In this document: positions 16,893 through 25,773 of the stretch, one piece after another | Position numbering within the stretch: the first letter of the stretch is position 1 | Layout of the letters: each line of letters opens with the position of its first letter | Virus record (IMG/VR): IMGVR_UViG_3300048908_000112 | Span: 1-64,000 of that record | Length of the DNA stretch: 64,000 nucleotides | Source: a virus | Direction: 5' to 3' (one strand) | The notes under the pieces: model-generated | What the model was told of the DNA's origin: nothing | The model's database searches: none | What the model saw: the letters and a program-made list of their open reading frames with translations, nothing else | Position numbers and translations under genes: made by a program

Positions 16893-17963
16893 GTGGCTTT
16901 TATTTACGATACCAATACGCTTGTTCAGGTCGTCCCGAACCTGAAGGTGGCACAGCAGTTCCTGCTGGACAAGTTTTTCCCCAACATCGTTACGTCGGAT
17001 ACCGAAAAGGTGTCGATCGACATCGACGTCGGTAAGCGCCGAATGGCTCCGTTCGTTTCGCCGCTGGTCGAAGGCAAGCTCGTCGAGCAACGCCGCTACC
17101 AGACGAACGAATTCACGCCGGCCTACATCAAGGACAAGCGCGCTCCTGACCTTCTCAAGCCTGTTCGCCGGATGATCGGTGAGCGCATCGGCGGTGAATT
17201 CACTGGCGAAGAGCGCGAGCAAGCCAACCTGTACGCGGAAATGGCCGATCAGGTCGACATCGTCAATCGTCGTCTTGAGTGGATGGCCGCACAGGCTCTG
17301 TCGAGCGCAACGTTGACGGTTGCCGGTGACGGATTCGCACAGGTCACGATCGACTATGGTCGCGATCCCTCGCTGACGGTTGCCAAGACTGGCAACGCGC
17401 AATGGACGGTCGCGAACGTGGTTACGTCGAGCGGCGGTCCGGGCACTGCTAGTCCGACGGCTGATATCGACGCATGGCAGCGCCAGATGCTGAAGACGAG
17501 CGGCGCGGTCGCGACCGACATCATCTTCACGACGAGCTCGTGGATCGGCTTCAAGGCAGACCCGGCGCTGAAGGGTGCAATCATTTTCCCGTCGCTGAAC
17601 CCGATGGGCAACGTGATCAACCCGGGCGCGCGCATCGAACAAGGTGCCGTGTACATGGGCCACTGGGGTCAGTATGACCTGTGGGTCTACAACGACTGGT
17701 TCGTTAATGAAAACAACCAGGAAGTCCCGATGCTGGTGGACGGCACAGTGATCATGAGCGGCGCGAACCTGATGGGCACGCGCGCGTTCGGAATGATCAA
17801 GGATCCGACGTTCAACTACAAGGCGATGCCGTACGCGCCGAAGACGTGGGTTGAAAACGATCCGGCGCAGCGCTTCATCATGATGCAGTCGGCGCCGCTG
17901 GTCATTCCGAGCCGGGTTAACGCCTCGCTGGCCGCAACCGTCTGCGCACCGGTGTTCAGCTGA
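16893..17963 (+). CDS. Major capsid protein, lambda gpE family
   Basis: C-terminus KTWVENDPAQRFIMMQSAPLVIP parallels lambda gpE KNWVTTGDPAREFTMIQSAPLML. GTG start. Confidence 0.9.
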   Translation: MAFIYDTNTLVQVVPNLKVAQQFLLDKFFPNIVTSDTEKVSIDIDVGKRRMAPFVSPLVEGKLVEQRRYQTNEFTPAYIKDKRAPDLLKPVRRMIGERIGGEFTGEEREQANLYAEMADQVDIVNRRLEWMAAQALSSATLTVAGDGFAQVTIDYGRDPSLTVAKTGNAQWTVANVVTSSGGPGTASPTADIDAWQRQMLKTSGAVATDIIFTTSSWIGFKADPALKGAIIFPSLNPMGNVINPGARIEQGAVYMGHWGQYDLWVYNDWFVNENNQEVPMLVDGTVIMSGANLMGTRAFGMIKDPTFNYKAMPYAPKTWVENDPAQRFIMMQSAPLVIPSRVNASLAATVCAPVFS

Positions 17964-18214
17964 TGAGCGCGCCCACTGCAAAGCGGGCGCCTGACGCCCT
18001 TGGGTATGTCGTTGCCCAGGGGCGCACTGTCTACGTCGGCAACAAGGCGCTAGGCCCCGGCGAGCCGGTCGAATTCCCCAAAGATGAAATCGAACATCTT
18101 CTCGCTGCGGGGTTTGTAGCCAGAACCGATGCCGAGGCACCTATTGGTGCGGGCGTTCAGGTCGGCGGACTGCAGATCAAAGGCGGTCGTAGACCAGGTG
18201 GTGTTGTCGTATAG
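17963..18214 (+). CDS. Hypothetical protein (83 aa)
   Basis: ATGA-coupled to the capsid gene. Confidence 0.5.
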   Translation: MSAPTAKRAPDALGYVVAQGRTVYVGNKALGPGEPVEFPKDEIEHLLAAGFVARTDAEAPIGAGVQVGGLQIKGGRRPGGVVV

Positions 18215-18222
18215 GGGTTGGC

Positions 18223-18546
18223 ATGGTTAATTGGGATGCGGTAGTCATCGGCCCGTTGATGGGCGTGTTTGGCGAGCCGGTGACCTATACCCCGGTGAGT
18301 GGTGGAGCGATATCCATTACGGGTGTATTCGACGACGCGTATCTCAAGGAAGTCATGTTTGAGGATGCATCGTCGGGCGTTACCGAGGTATCGGCAGTGC
18401 TCGGCGTGCAGCTCTCCCAGTTCCCCGCCCCGCCTACACAAAACGGTCGACTGACCGTGCCTAGAACTGGGGCCTCATATGTGGTGCGCGAAGTCCGACT
18501 CGACAGCCACGGAGCCGCAAAGCTGATGCTTAGCCGAATCTTATGA
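18223..18546 (+). CDS. Putative head-tail connector/neck protein
   Basis: Assigned from position and size only. Confidence 0.5.
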   Translation: MVNWDAVVIGPLMGVFGEPVTYTPVSGGAISITGVFDDAYLKEVMFEDASSGVTEVSAVLGVQLSQFPAPPTQNGRLTVPRTGASYVVREVRLDSHGAAKLMLSRIL

Positions 18547-19106
18547 CGACATCCGCTGATCTTCGATCTCTTTTTGTGACGGCGTTGCAGGGAGAAACCA
18601 GTGCGGGCTTGAATGTCTATTCGCCGTTCGATTGGCCCGCAGCCCCCGATGCATATCCGTTCATTCTGGTTCTCGCACGTAAAGAGCGAAAGGAATCGCT
18701 TGGTCCGAATGTTCCTGAGTTCAATGTCACAACGACGATTGAAATCATCGCGCGCGTGAAGTCATCGGCTTATCAGATGGATGTCGGATCGGTCTATGCG
18801 CTGGCAGCCGCCGAGCAACTGAAGGCGGAAATCGAGACGGCGCTGATCAATAACCCGCTTATCTGGTCCGATCCAAACGGCGGGCAACGCATCGAGCAAT
18901 TTTCGTCTGTGGACTCAGAGATCAACACCAGCTCGGAAGGCGAAATGCCAATCGCCGAGCTGAATATGTCCATCGAAGTGAAGTTCTACCAGGGACCTGA
19001 AGACTTCTTCCCGATCCCGACGATACCGCTCACGCAAGTCACTGCGGCAGTCCAGGAGCCAACCGGCACGACCGAGACTGGCTTCGACATCGTCTTTCCC
19101 CAATAG
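18543..19106 (+). CDS. Putative neck/tail-terminator protein
   Basis: Assigned from position only. ATGA coupling. Confidence 0.5.
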   Translation: MTTSADLRSLFVTALQGETSAGLNVYSPFDWPAAPDAYPFILVLARKERKESLGPNVPEFNVTTTIEIIARVKSSAYQMDVGSVYALAAAEQLKAEIETALINNPLIWSDPNGGQRIEQFSSVDSEINTSSEGEMPIAELNMSIEVKFYQGPEDFFPIPTIPLTQVTAAVQEPTGTTETGFDIVFPQ

Positions 19107-19115
19107 GAGCGCCTC

Positions 19116-19289
19116 ATGCGCATCAAACCAGCACCGGGCCTGTCCGTACGGGATCCGGTGACGAAGCAATTGCTTCCCGCCGATGGCATTGAGGTGCCCG
19201 ACGGTGACATTTTCTGGACCCGTTGCCTGAACGATGGCGACGTGGTTCTCGTGACACCTGAGTCTCCGAAACAAGGCAGCAAGCCATGA
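19116..19289 (+). CDS. DUF2635-like protein (Mu gp38 equivalent, 57 aa)
   Basis: MRIKPAPGLSVRDPVTKQLLPADGIEVPDGDIFWTRCLNDGDVV matches the pattern seen upstream of Mu-type sheath genes. Below the ORF-track cutoff. Confidence 0.6.
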   Translation: MRIKPAPGLSVRDPVTKQLLPADGIEVPDGDIFWTRCLNDGDVVLVTPESPKQGSKP

Positions 19290-19900
19290 AGCTAACTGAG
19301 GCGGATGTCGTCGCGATTCTGAAGGATCGCCGGCCCGAAGCCGAGGTTGCTGCTCAGTATGGTGTCGCCAAAAACACCATTAATCGCATCCGCACGGGTG
19401 CGCGCTGGGCGCATGTGGCACCTGAGATTGAGCGCTGGCACAAATACATCAGGGCGTCGAGTCCTGCTGACGTGGTTGCGCAGCGGTCAACGCGCGATCC
19501 TGTTACTGGCTGCCTCAATTGGGAGGGCGCCATTCAAAGCGAAGGGTATGGTTACTTCTCCTTTGAAGGTCAGATGTATCTGGCGCATCGGGCTGCATAT
19601 GAAGGCGCCAACGGACCGATCCCCGACGGCCTTCTTTTAAGGCACTCGTGCGACAACCGGCGTTGTTGCAATCACGACCATCTGACGCCCGGTACCGATC
19701 AGGACAACAAGGACGACTGCGTTTCCAGGGGTCGCCATTACTTCGGCGAACGTCATCACCGGGCAAAGCTGACCGCATCCCAGGTTCAAGAGATACGGTC
19801 GAGTCTCTCTCGAAACAAAGACATTGCGGCTGAGTTTGGAATCGATCCAAGCGCCGTATCTCACATTAAACGCAGTCGCAATTGGAGAGCTACTCCGTGA
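19286..19900 (+). CDS. HNH homing endonuclease (HNH_3-type) with flanking HTH segments
   Basis: GCLNWEGAIQSEGYGYF...LAHRAAYE...LRHSCDNRRCCNHDHLTPGTDQDN. ATGA and GTGA overlaps with both neighbours. Confidence 0.8.
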   Translation: MKLTEADVVAILKDRRPEAEVAAQYGVAKNTINRIRTGARWAHVAPEIERWHKYIRASSPADVVAQRSTRDPVTGCLNWEGAIQSEGYGYFSFEGQMYLAHRAAYEGANGPIPDGLLLRHSCDNRRCCNHDHLTPGTDQDNKDDCVSRGRHYFGERHHRAKLTASQVQEIRSSLSRNKDIAAEFGIDPSAVSHIKRSRNWRATP

Positions 19901-21375
19901 TTCCTTTCAAGCAGATTCCACAGAATATCCGGGTGCCGTTGTTCTATGCGGAACTCGACAACTCGCACGCGAACACGGCGCTGGCTAACCAGCGTGCACT
20001 GATCATCGGCCAGATCACGTCGACGGGTATTGCGACTCCGAATGTCCCGATCATTTCGTCGGGCGTGTCGGATGCCGCCGTCCAGGGCGGTGTGAATTCG
20101 ATGCTCGCGCTGATGACGTCGGCGTATCGCGCGAACGATACCTTCGGCGAAGTCTGGTATCTGCCGCTGTCCGATGCGGCAGGCGCGACGGCTGCGACTG
20201 GCTCTATCGCGTTCACGGCAGCGCCGACGGCAAACGGCACGCTCTCGCTGTATATCGCCGGTCAACTGGTCACCGTACCGGTCACGTCGTCCATGACGAC
20301 GGCGAATATCGCAACCGCTGTTTCGAATGCGATCAACCTTATTCCGGCCATGCCGGTTACGGCTTCGGTTACGACGAGCACGGTCACGCTGACGGCAGAC
20401 AACAAGGGCCTCGCCGGGAACGACATCGACGTTCGTGTCAACTACCAGGGCACGGCTGGCGGTGAATTCACGCCGACGGGTCTGACGTTTACCATCACGG
20501 CGATGGCGAGCGGTGCAACGAACCCGACTCTGACGACGGCGCTTGGCAACCTGCTCGACATGCCGTTCGACTTTATCGTGTGCCCGTATACCGATACGAC
20601 GTCGCTGGACGCGCTCAAAGGATTCCTGAACGACACGACGGGTCGTTGGAGTTGGCAGCAACAGGTCTATGGCCATGTGTTCACCGCAAACCGCGGCACG
20701 TTCGCAAGCCAGACGACGCTCGGTCTCGCGCGCAACAACCAGCATGAAACCATCATGGGTTTCAACGATTCGCCCACGCCGAACTGGCAATGGGCGGCGG
20801 CTCTCGCTGGCGCCGCTGCGGTATCGCTGCGAGCCGACCCGGCTACGCCGCTTCAGACGGTCGTCCTTAATGGAGTGCTGGCCCCTCCGCTTCAGTCCCG
20901 CTTCAATCTGTCGTCACGCAACACGCTGCTGTTCGATGGCATCTCGACGTTCACGGTCGCGCAGGATGGCACGGTTGCGATCGAGAACCTGATCACGACG
21001 TACCAGACGAACAGTTTCGGCGCGCCGGACAACAGCTATCTCGAAGTCGAGACGATGTTCACGCTGATGTTCGTGCTGCGCGACATGATGACGATGGTCA
21101 CGAGCAAGTATTCGCGCGTGAAGTTGGCTGCTGACGGGACGCGTTTCGCACCCGGTTCGAACATCGTGACGCCGAGCATCATCAAGGCGGACATCATCGC
21201 CGAGTATCAGACGCTCGAGTTCAACGGCTTCGTGCAGAACAGCAAGGCGTTCGCGCAAGGTCTGATCGTGGCGCAAAACGCAAACAATCCCAACCGCATC
21301 GACGTTCTGTGGCCTGGCGTCCTCATCGACCAGCTGCGCATTTTCGCGTTGCTGGCGCAGTTCCGCCTTAGCTAA
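19897..21375 (+). CDS. Contractile tail sheath protein (Mu gpL-like)
   Basis: VIPFKQIPQNIRVPLFYAELDNS... opening and about 490 aa. GTG 19897 is preferred (GTGA overlap); the track start is TTG 19882. Confidence 0.85.
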   Translation: MIPFKQIPQNIRVPLFYAELDNSHANTALANQRALIIGQITSTGIATPNVPIISSGVSDAAVQGGVNSMLALMTSAYRANDTFGEVWYLPLSDAAGATAATGSIAFTAAPTANGTLSLYIAGQLVTVPVTSSMTTANIATAVSNAINLIPAMPVTASVTTSTVTLTADNKGLAGNDIDVRVNYQGTAGGEFTPTGLTFTITAMASGATNPTLTTALGNLLDMPFDFIVCPYTDTTSLDALKGFLNDTTGRWSWQQQVYGHVFTANRGTFASQTTLGLARNNQHETIMGFNDSPTPNWQWAAALAGAAAVSLRADPATPLQTVVLNGVLAPPLQSRFNLSSRNTLLFDGISTFTVAQDGTVAIENLITTYQTNSFGAPDNSYLEVETMFTLMFVLRDMMTMVTSKYSRVKLAADGTRFAPGSNIVTPSIIKADIIAEYQTLEFNGFVQNSKAFAQGLIVAQNANNPNRIDVLWPGVLIDQLRIFALLAQFRLS

Positions 21376-21393
21376 GTCGCAATCGCACCATTG

Positions 21394-21416
21394 AAAGCCG
21401 CCTTCGGGCGGCTTTT
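21394..21416 (+). terminator. Hairpin/attenuator after the sheath gene
   Basis: AAAGCCGCC-ttcg-GGCGGCTTT with a short T tract. Confidence 0.5.
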
Positions 21417-21436
21417 CCATTTCTGGAGAGCCCACG

Positions 21437-21808
21437 ATGGCAAACCCAAACCGCCTCGCCGGCACCGCGACTTTGACGGTGGACGGGCAGAATTACCTGT
21501 TGGTCGGCGATTTCGAATACAACCCCTCGACGGTCACGCGAGAATCGCTCGTCGGCATGGACGACGTGCACGGCTTCAGCGAAAAGAAGCGAGTGGGATC
21601 GATCTCCGGCACGCTGCGTGACACTGGCGGCCTGACGGTTGCCGATCTAAACGCAATGGACAACTCGACTGTCGTCGCGCAACTCGCGAACGGCAAGACG
21701 ATCATCGGCCGCAACATGTGGACCGTCGAAGACCAGACCGTGAAGTCGACTGATGCAACGGTCGAAGTCAAGTTCGAAGGCCCGGCTGTTTCGGAAACGA
21801 CGAGCTAA
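21437..21808 (+). CDS. Tail tube protein
   Basis: 123 aa, directly after the sheath gene as in Mu/P2-type tails. Confidence 0.75.
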   Translation: MANPNRLAGTATLTVDGQNYLLVGDFEYNPSTVTRESLVGMDDVHGFSEKKRVGSISGTLRDTGGLTVADLNAMDNSTVVAQLANGKTIIGRNMWTVEDQTVKSTDATVEVKFEGPAVSETTS

Positions 21809-21811
21809 GTC

Positions 21812-22099
21812 ATGAGCCAACCTGAAGAAAAAACCATCAAGCTTCGCAAGGCGGTCAAGCTCGGATCCGGTGAGACCGAAGTTGTCTACGACTCGCTGAA
21901 TCTTCGCGAGCCGACCGCTGGCGAGCTTGATAAAGCCATGGCTGCGTCGACGAACATCGGCATCGGCATCATGCTAATTCACCTGATTTCCGGCCTTCCG
22001 AAAGCCGCCGTCGAGAAACTGTCGCAACGTGACTTCACGGAGGCGAACGAGTACCTCGGGGGTTTTACGGACGATGGCCCGACGGCTGCGGAAACGTAA
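21812..22099 (+). CDS. Tail assembly chaperone (short form)
   Basis: 95 aa, between tube and tape measure genes. Confidence 0.7.
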   Translation: MSQPEEKTIKLRKAVKLGSGETEVVYDSLNLREPTAGELDKAMAASTNIGIGIMLIHLISGLPKAAVEKLSQRDFTEANEYLGGFTDDGPTAAET

Positions 22100-22227
22100 T
22101 CGCTGACGTCACCCACTTTTTTGGGTGGGGGCCGCACGACGCTGAAGGGCTGAGTCTATCAAAGCTCGCTTGGTGGCTGCGGCAGGCTGAGCGGATCGAT
22201 AAGAAGCAATCTCAAATGGGGCAATGA
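21812..22227 (+). CDS. Tail assembly chaperone, -1 frameshift product (join 21812..22066, 22066..22227)
   Basis: Slippery G GGT TTT at 22060-22066 in the zero frame. The -1 frame is open 22033-22227 and reads ...HFFGWGPHDAEGLSLSKLAWWLRQAERI, which is P2 GpE'-like. Its stop overlaps the tape-measure ATG. Confidence 0.6.
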
Positions 22228-24092
22228 TGGCAGCAGCTAACGCTTTCACCATAACGATTAGCGCTGCGGACAAGGCTTCGGCAGTTGCCAAGAAAATCGA
22301 AGCGGCGCTCGGACGCGTGTCCAGGCCGATTGATCGCGTCACTGCTTCTGCGGCAAAGCTTAACGAAGCTACGGCAAAGATCAAGAAGCCGTTCTCCGAC
22401 TTTGGCTCGTCGCTTAAGAAATTGAGCGACGAGACTGGTCTGACGCGCGTGGCAAGTGGCCTGCGGAGCATTGGATCGTCGGCGGCCGACGCCGGGAAGA
22501 GTCTTTTGAGTGTCGTTGCACCCCTAGCTGGTATTGCGGGACTCGGCTCAGTTGCCGGCATCGCCCTGCTCGCCAACGAGTGGGGGCGCATGGGCGCCGA
22601 AGTCCAGCGTACATCAGCCGTGCTGGGCGTTTCTACGCAGGATTTGCAGGCATATCGCGCGGCGGCGAAGCTTGCCGGATTGTCGGCCGAAGACATGACC
22701 GGCAGCCTCAAGTCGCTGGGCCGCACAATCGAAGATGCCACCTATGGGCGCAATCAGGACGCGCTCGTGATGATGCAGAAGTTCGGCATCACACTGCATC
22801 GCACCAAGGACGGCGCTGTCGACGCGACGCGCGCGATGAAGGATGTCGCGAATGCGATCGTCGCACAGAAGGGCAATGTGCAGGCGCAAGGCCTTATCGC
22901 GGGTGCGTTCGGTGTCGAGTCACTGCTCCCGCTTCTGCAGAAGGGCGAGAAAGGCATCGATGCATTCGTGCAGCAGGCTCGCTCGATGGGCTTGGTCTTC
23001 GATGACAAGCAACTTGCGCAGGGCCAGAAGTTCAACGAGAACATGCTGCGACTCGAGGCGTCGGCGACGCGCCTCAAGTACAAGTTCGGTGACGCGCTCG
23101 CGCCTGCAGTGCAACGCGTGCTCGATGTCGTTAGCCGGCTGGTCGATAAGTATGGCGATGTCGTCGCGACGAAAGTCTCTGAGTATGTTGAAAAGTTCGC
23201 GAACTGGATCGATCACGTCGATTGGGATAAGACGACGAGCCAGATCGGCAAGTTCGTCGACTCGATCGGCGGAGTCAAGGGTATTGCGATCGCTATCGCG
23301 GCGATCTCGTTCGCCGGTCCGATCGCAAGCGTTCTCGGCCTGATTGGCAATCTTGCGCTGCTCACGACGACGACCGTACCGGCTGCCGCCGCAGCGCTCG
23401 CGCGACTCGCGGGTGGCCCGGTCATGGCTGCAGTGCTAGCGCTGCTGCATTCGAAAGACCTGAACACCGGCGAAGACGACTACCTGAAGCAGCATCAGGC
23501 AAAGCCGGGCCAGCAATGGCAAGGAGACGCCATCGGCGACCGTCGTCGATCTGGGGCCGCAAATGACGCTCAGACCGCTGGCGTTGTCGGTCGTCTTCAA
23601 CAAATGGGCTGGACACAAGAGCAGGCTTCCGGGCTGGCGGCTAACTTCTGGAAAGAAAGCCTGTTCGATCCGAAAGCAGTTGGCGATAACGGACATGCTT
23701 ATGGCATTGCGCAGTGGCATGAGGATCGGCAGGCGGATTTCAAGAAACTATTCGGCATTGACATCCAGAAGTCGACACTTGACCAGCAATTGCAGTTCGC
23801 TGATTACGAGTTGCGCCACGGTAAGGAGCAAAAGGCCGGTCAGGCGCTCAGTGCTGCAGCGTCCGCCCAATCTGCGGGCGGTGTAGTGTCGCGCCTTTAT
23901 GAGCGACCCGCAGATCCGCGCGAAGAGTACTCGCGCGGTCAAATGGCGGCTGCGATCGACCAGAAATTGCATGTCGACGTGCATCTTCACAACGCACCAG
24001 CTGGAACCCAGGCAACGGCTAGCGTGCGCAATGGCGCAGGCAAGGCAACCGCCAGAGTAGGCACATCTAACGTAACAGGTCCCCCTGTATGA
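22224..24092 (+). CDS. Tape measure protein with C-terminal tail-lysozyme-like domain
   Basis: Long helical, A-rich protein. C-terminus QQMGWTQEQASGLAANFWKESLFDPKAVGDNGHAYGIAQW resembles phage tail lysozyme domains. Confidence 0.85.
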   Translation: MMAAANAFTITISAADKASAVAKKIEAALGRVSRPIDRVTASAAKLNEATAKIKKPFSDFGSSLKKLSDETGLTRVASGLRSIGSSAADAGKSLLSVVAPLAGIAGLGSVAGIALLANEWGRMGAEVQRTSAVLGVSTQDLQAYRAAAKLAGLSAEDMTGSLKSLGRTIEDATYGRNQDALVMMQKFGITLHRTKDGAVDATRAMKDVANAIVAQKGNVQAQGLIAGAFGVESLLPLLQKGEKGIDAFVQQARSMGLVFDDKQLAQGQKFNENMLRLEASATRLKYKFGDALAPAVQRVLDVVSRLVDKYGDVVATKVSEYVEKFANWIDHVDWDKTTSQIGKFVDSIGGVKGIAIAIAAISFAGPIASVLGLIGNLALLTTTTVPAAAAALARLAGGPVMAAVLALLHSKDLNTGEDDYLKQHQAKPGQQWQGDAIGDRRRSGAANDAQTAGVVGRLQQMGWTQEQASGLAANFWKESLFDPKAVGDNGHAYGIAQWHEDRQADFKKLFGIDIQKSTLDQQLQFADYELRHGKEQKAGQALSAAASAQSAGGVVSRLYERPADPREEYSRGQMAAAIDQKLHVDVHLHNAPAGTQATASVRNGAGKATARVGTSNVTGPPV

Positions 24093-25546
24093 GCATCGCA
24101 AGCATAACCAACGCCGTTGGGAGCATCGGCGGCGTTGCGTCAGCCGCCCAATCGCTCGCGAACCTGTTCAATGGTGGCAGCGGTTACTGGAGTCAGTTAC
24201 GCCCAGCGAGTTACAACGGCGTCCCATTCGCGGTTTTGTCGGAGTCGGTCTCGGCTGGACGTCGCTCGGTCGTGCACGAGTATCCGAACAAGGAAACGAA
24301 GCCTTGGGTCGAGGATCTTGGTCTACAAAGCACCGTCATCCGGATCAACGGGTTTCTCGTCGAGAACAGCCTCGTATATGGCGGTGGCTCGGTTAGCGAT
24401 CAGAAACTGAAGCTTCTGAACGTGATCCGCGGCGGGATGAATGGCAGCACGAAGGCGCCCGGACTCGGCACGCTGATCCACCCGACGTGGGGTCACCTTC
24501 GATCGAACTGCATTTCCGCTGAATTCGGTTCTTCTTGGGACCGCGGTCGCGTCGTCGAAGTGCGCCTGGTGTTCGTGCAGGGCGGCGACCGGCTTTATCC
24601 GAAGGAGCAACAGCCGACCAGTAGTGCCGTGGTCAGCGCGGCGAACGGTTTGTACACGCCGACCTTTCTCGGCATGGTGAAAGCGCTGGCCTCTGCTGTG
24701 GCGAGCGGCGCGGCGATGATCAAGGCGGCGGTATCGACCGTCGTTGGCTGGTATCAGACGGTCAACACGCTGATCCACGACGTCAAACGGTTCTGGAATT
24801 CAATTTCCACGCTTCAGGGTAATTTCGGGCGTCTGTTTGGCGGCGGAAACAATGGCTACGCAGCATCGAACAAAAAAGCCAGTAGCACGGCCACGGTTTC
24901 AAGCCTGATTGCGGCGGACACAGCAAGCAGATCCGCTGTTGCTGCCGCTGGCGCCGCCCTTACTGCAGCAGCACAAAACGTCGGCACCGATCCGCAGACG
25001 TTTGTTACGGCGGCGCAGGGGGTTGTTGCGGCGCTGGCTGCTTCCGCTGCATCGCCATCAGATGCGATCCGGCTGCTGTCCAGCCTGCTCTCGTATGCAC
25101 CCGTGCCGGTTGTCGGCACCTCGCAAAGCGCTATCGCCCAGCAAACGACACAAGGCGCATGCAGTGATGTTCTGCGCCGCGTGACCGTCGCACAGATCGC
25201 TATTTCGTCGACGGACTATCAGCCCTCGTCGGCTGACGACGCATCGACCGTGCGCGACAACATCGCAGCACTGATCGATAGCGAGATTGAGATAGCTGGC
25301 GACCAGGGCGAAGACGATATCTACATGGCTCTCCGCACGCTGCGTCAAGCCGTCGTCGCTGATCTCGATGCGCGCGGTTCCGGGCTCGCCACCGTAGAGA
25401 CATTCACGTTCGGCACGACTTTGCCTTCGCTAATGCTCGCGAATCGGCTGTATCGCGATTCGACTCGGGCGGATGAACTGGTGACGCAGGCAAATCCGAT
25501 TCACCCTGCTTTCGTTGGTCCGACGATATCGGCTCTGTCGAGATGA
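24089..25546 (+). CDS. DNA circulation protein (Mu gpN/gp43-like)
   Basis: LRPASYNGVPFAVLSESVSAGRRSVVHEYPNKETKPWVEDLG is the typical N-terminal domain. Confidence 0.8.
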   Translation: MSIASITNAVGSIGGVASAAQSLANLFNGGSGYWSQLRPASYNGVPFAVLSESVSAGRRSVVHEYPNKETKPWVEDLGLQSTVIRINGFLVENSLVYGGGSVSDQKLKLLNVIRGGMNGSTKAPGLGTLIHPTWGHLRSNCISAEFGSSWDRGRVVEVRLVFVQGGDRLYPKEQQPTSSAVVSAANGLYTPTFLGMVKALASAVASGAAMIKAAVSTVVGWYQTVNTLIHDVKRFWNSISTLQGNFGRLFGGGNNGYAASNKKASSTATVSSLIAADTASRSAVAAAGAALTAAAQNVGTDPQTFVTAAQGVVAALAASAASPSDAIRLLSSLLSYAPVPVVGTSQSAIAQQTTQGACSDVLRRVTVAQIAISSTDYQPSSADDASTVRDNIAALIDSEIEIAGDQGEDDIYMALRTLRQAVVADLDARGSGLATVETFTFGTTLPSLMLANRLYRDSTRADELVTQANPIHPAFVGPTISALSR

Positions 25547-25747
25547 TCATTTGTTGATGGTCTTGCTCTCTACAACGCTGCGGTTTGCGGCGTTTTGAAG
25601 TAGCGACTTGTTCGCGGCGGCGGCCAGTACGACGCCGACAACGAAGTAAGTCCATGTCGGCAGATCATCCATCCAGATGCGGAGGCCAACTCCGCAGGCA
25701 ATGCCAAAAACAAGGCTGAACAGCGTAATCCCATCACTTCGTTTCAT
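25547..25747 (-). CDS. Small two-helix membrane protein, antisense moron
   Basis: ITLFSLVFGIACGVGL and YFVVGVVLAAAA hydrophobic helices. Convergent with, and abutting, the DNA-circulation gene. Confidence 0.5.
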   Translation of the reverse strand: MKRSDGITLFSLVFGIACGVGLRIWMDDLPTWTYFVVGVVLAAAANKSLLQNAANRSVVESKTINK

Positions 25748-25773
25748 TCTTCTTCCCCTTCAGGTTGTGACGC

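Noticed and set aside
15653-18140. Very long antisense ORFs (15653-16831, 392 aa; 16779-18140, 453 aa) opposite the decoration and capsid genes
   Set aside because: They are Arg/Gly/Ala/Asp-rich with no motifs and lie exactly antisense to genes with strong family signatures. This is the typical stop-poor shadow frame of GC-rich DNA. The same applies to 19861-20790, 58889-60388, 60369-61949, 6253-7050 and 28032-28784.
22116-22122. T TTT TTG heptamer (the P2 E/E' slippery sequence) as the chaperone frameshift site
   Set aside because: It lies 17 nt downstream of the zero-frame stop (TAA 22097-22099), so ribosomes in the chaperone frame never reach it. The G GGT TTT site at 22060-22066 sits inside the overlap window and is the workable site.
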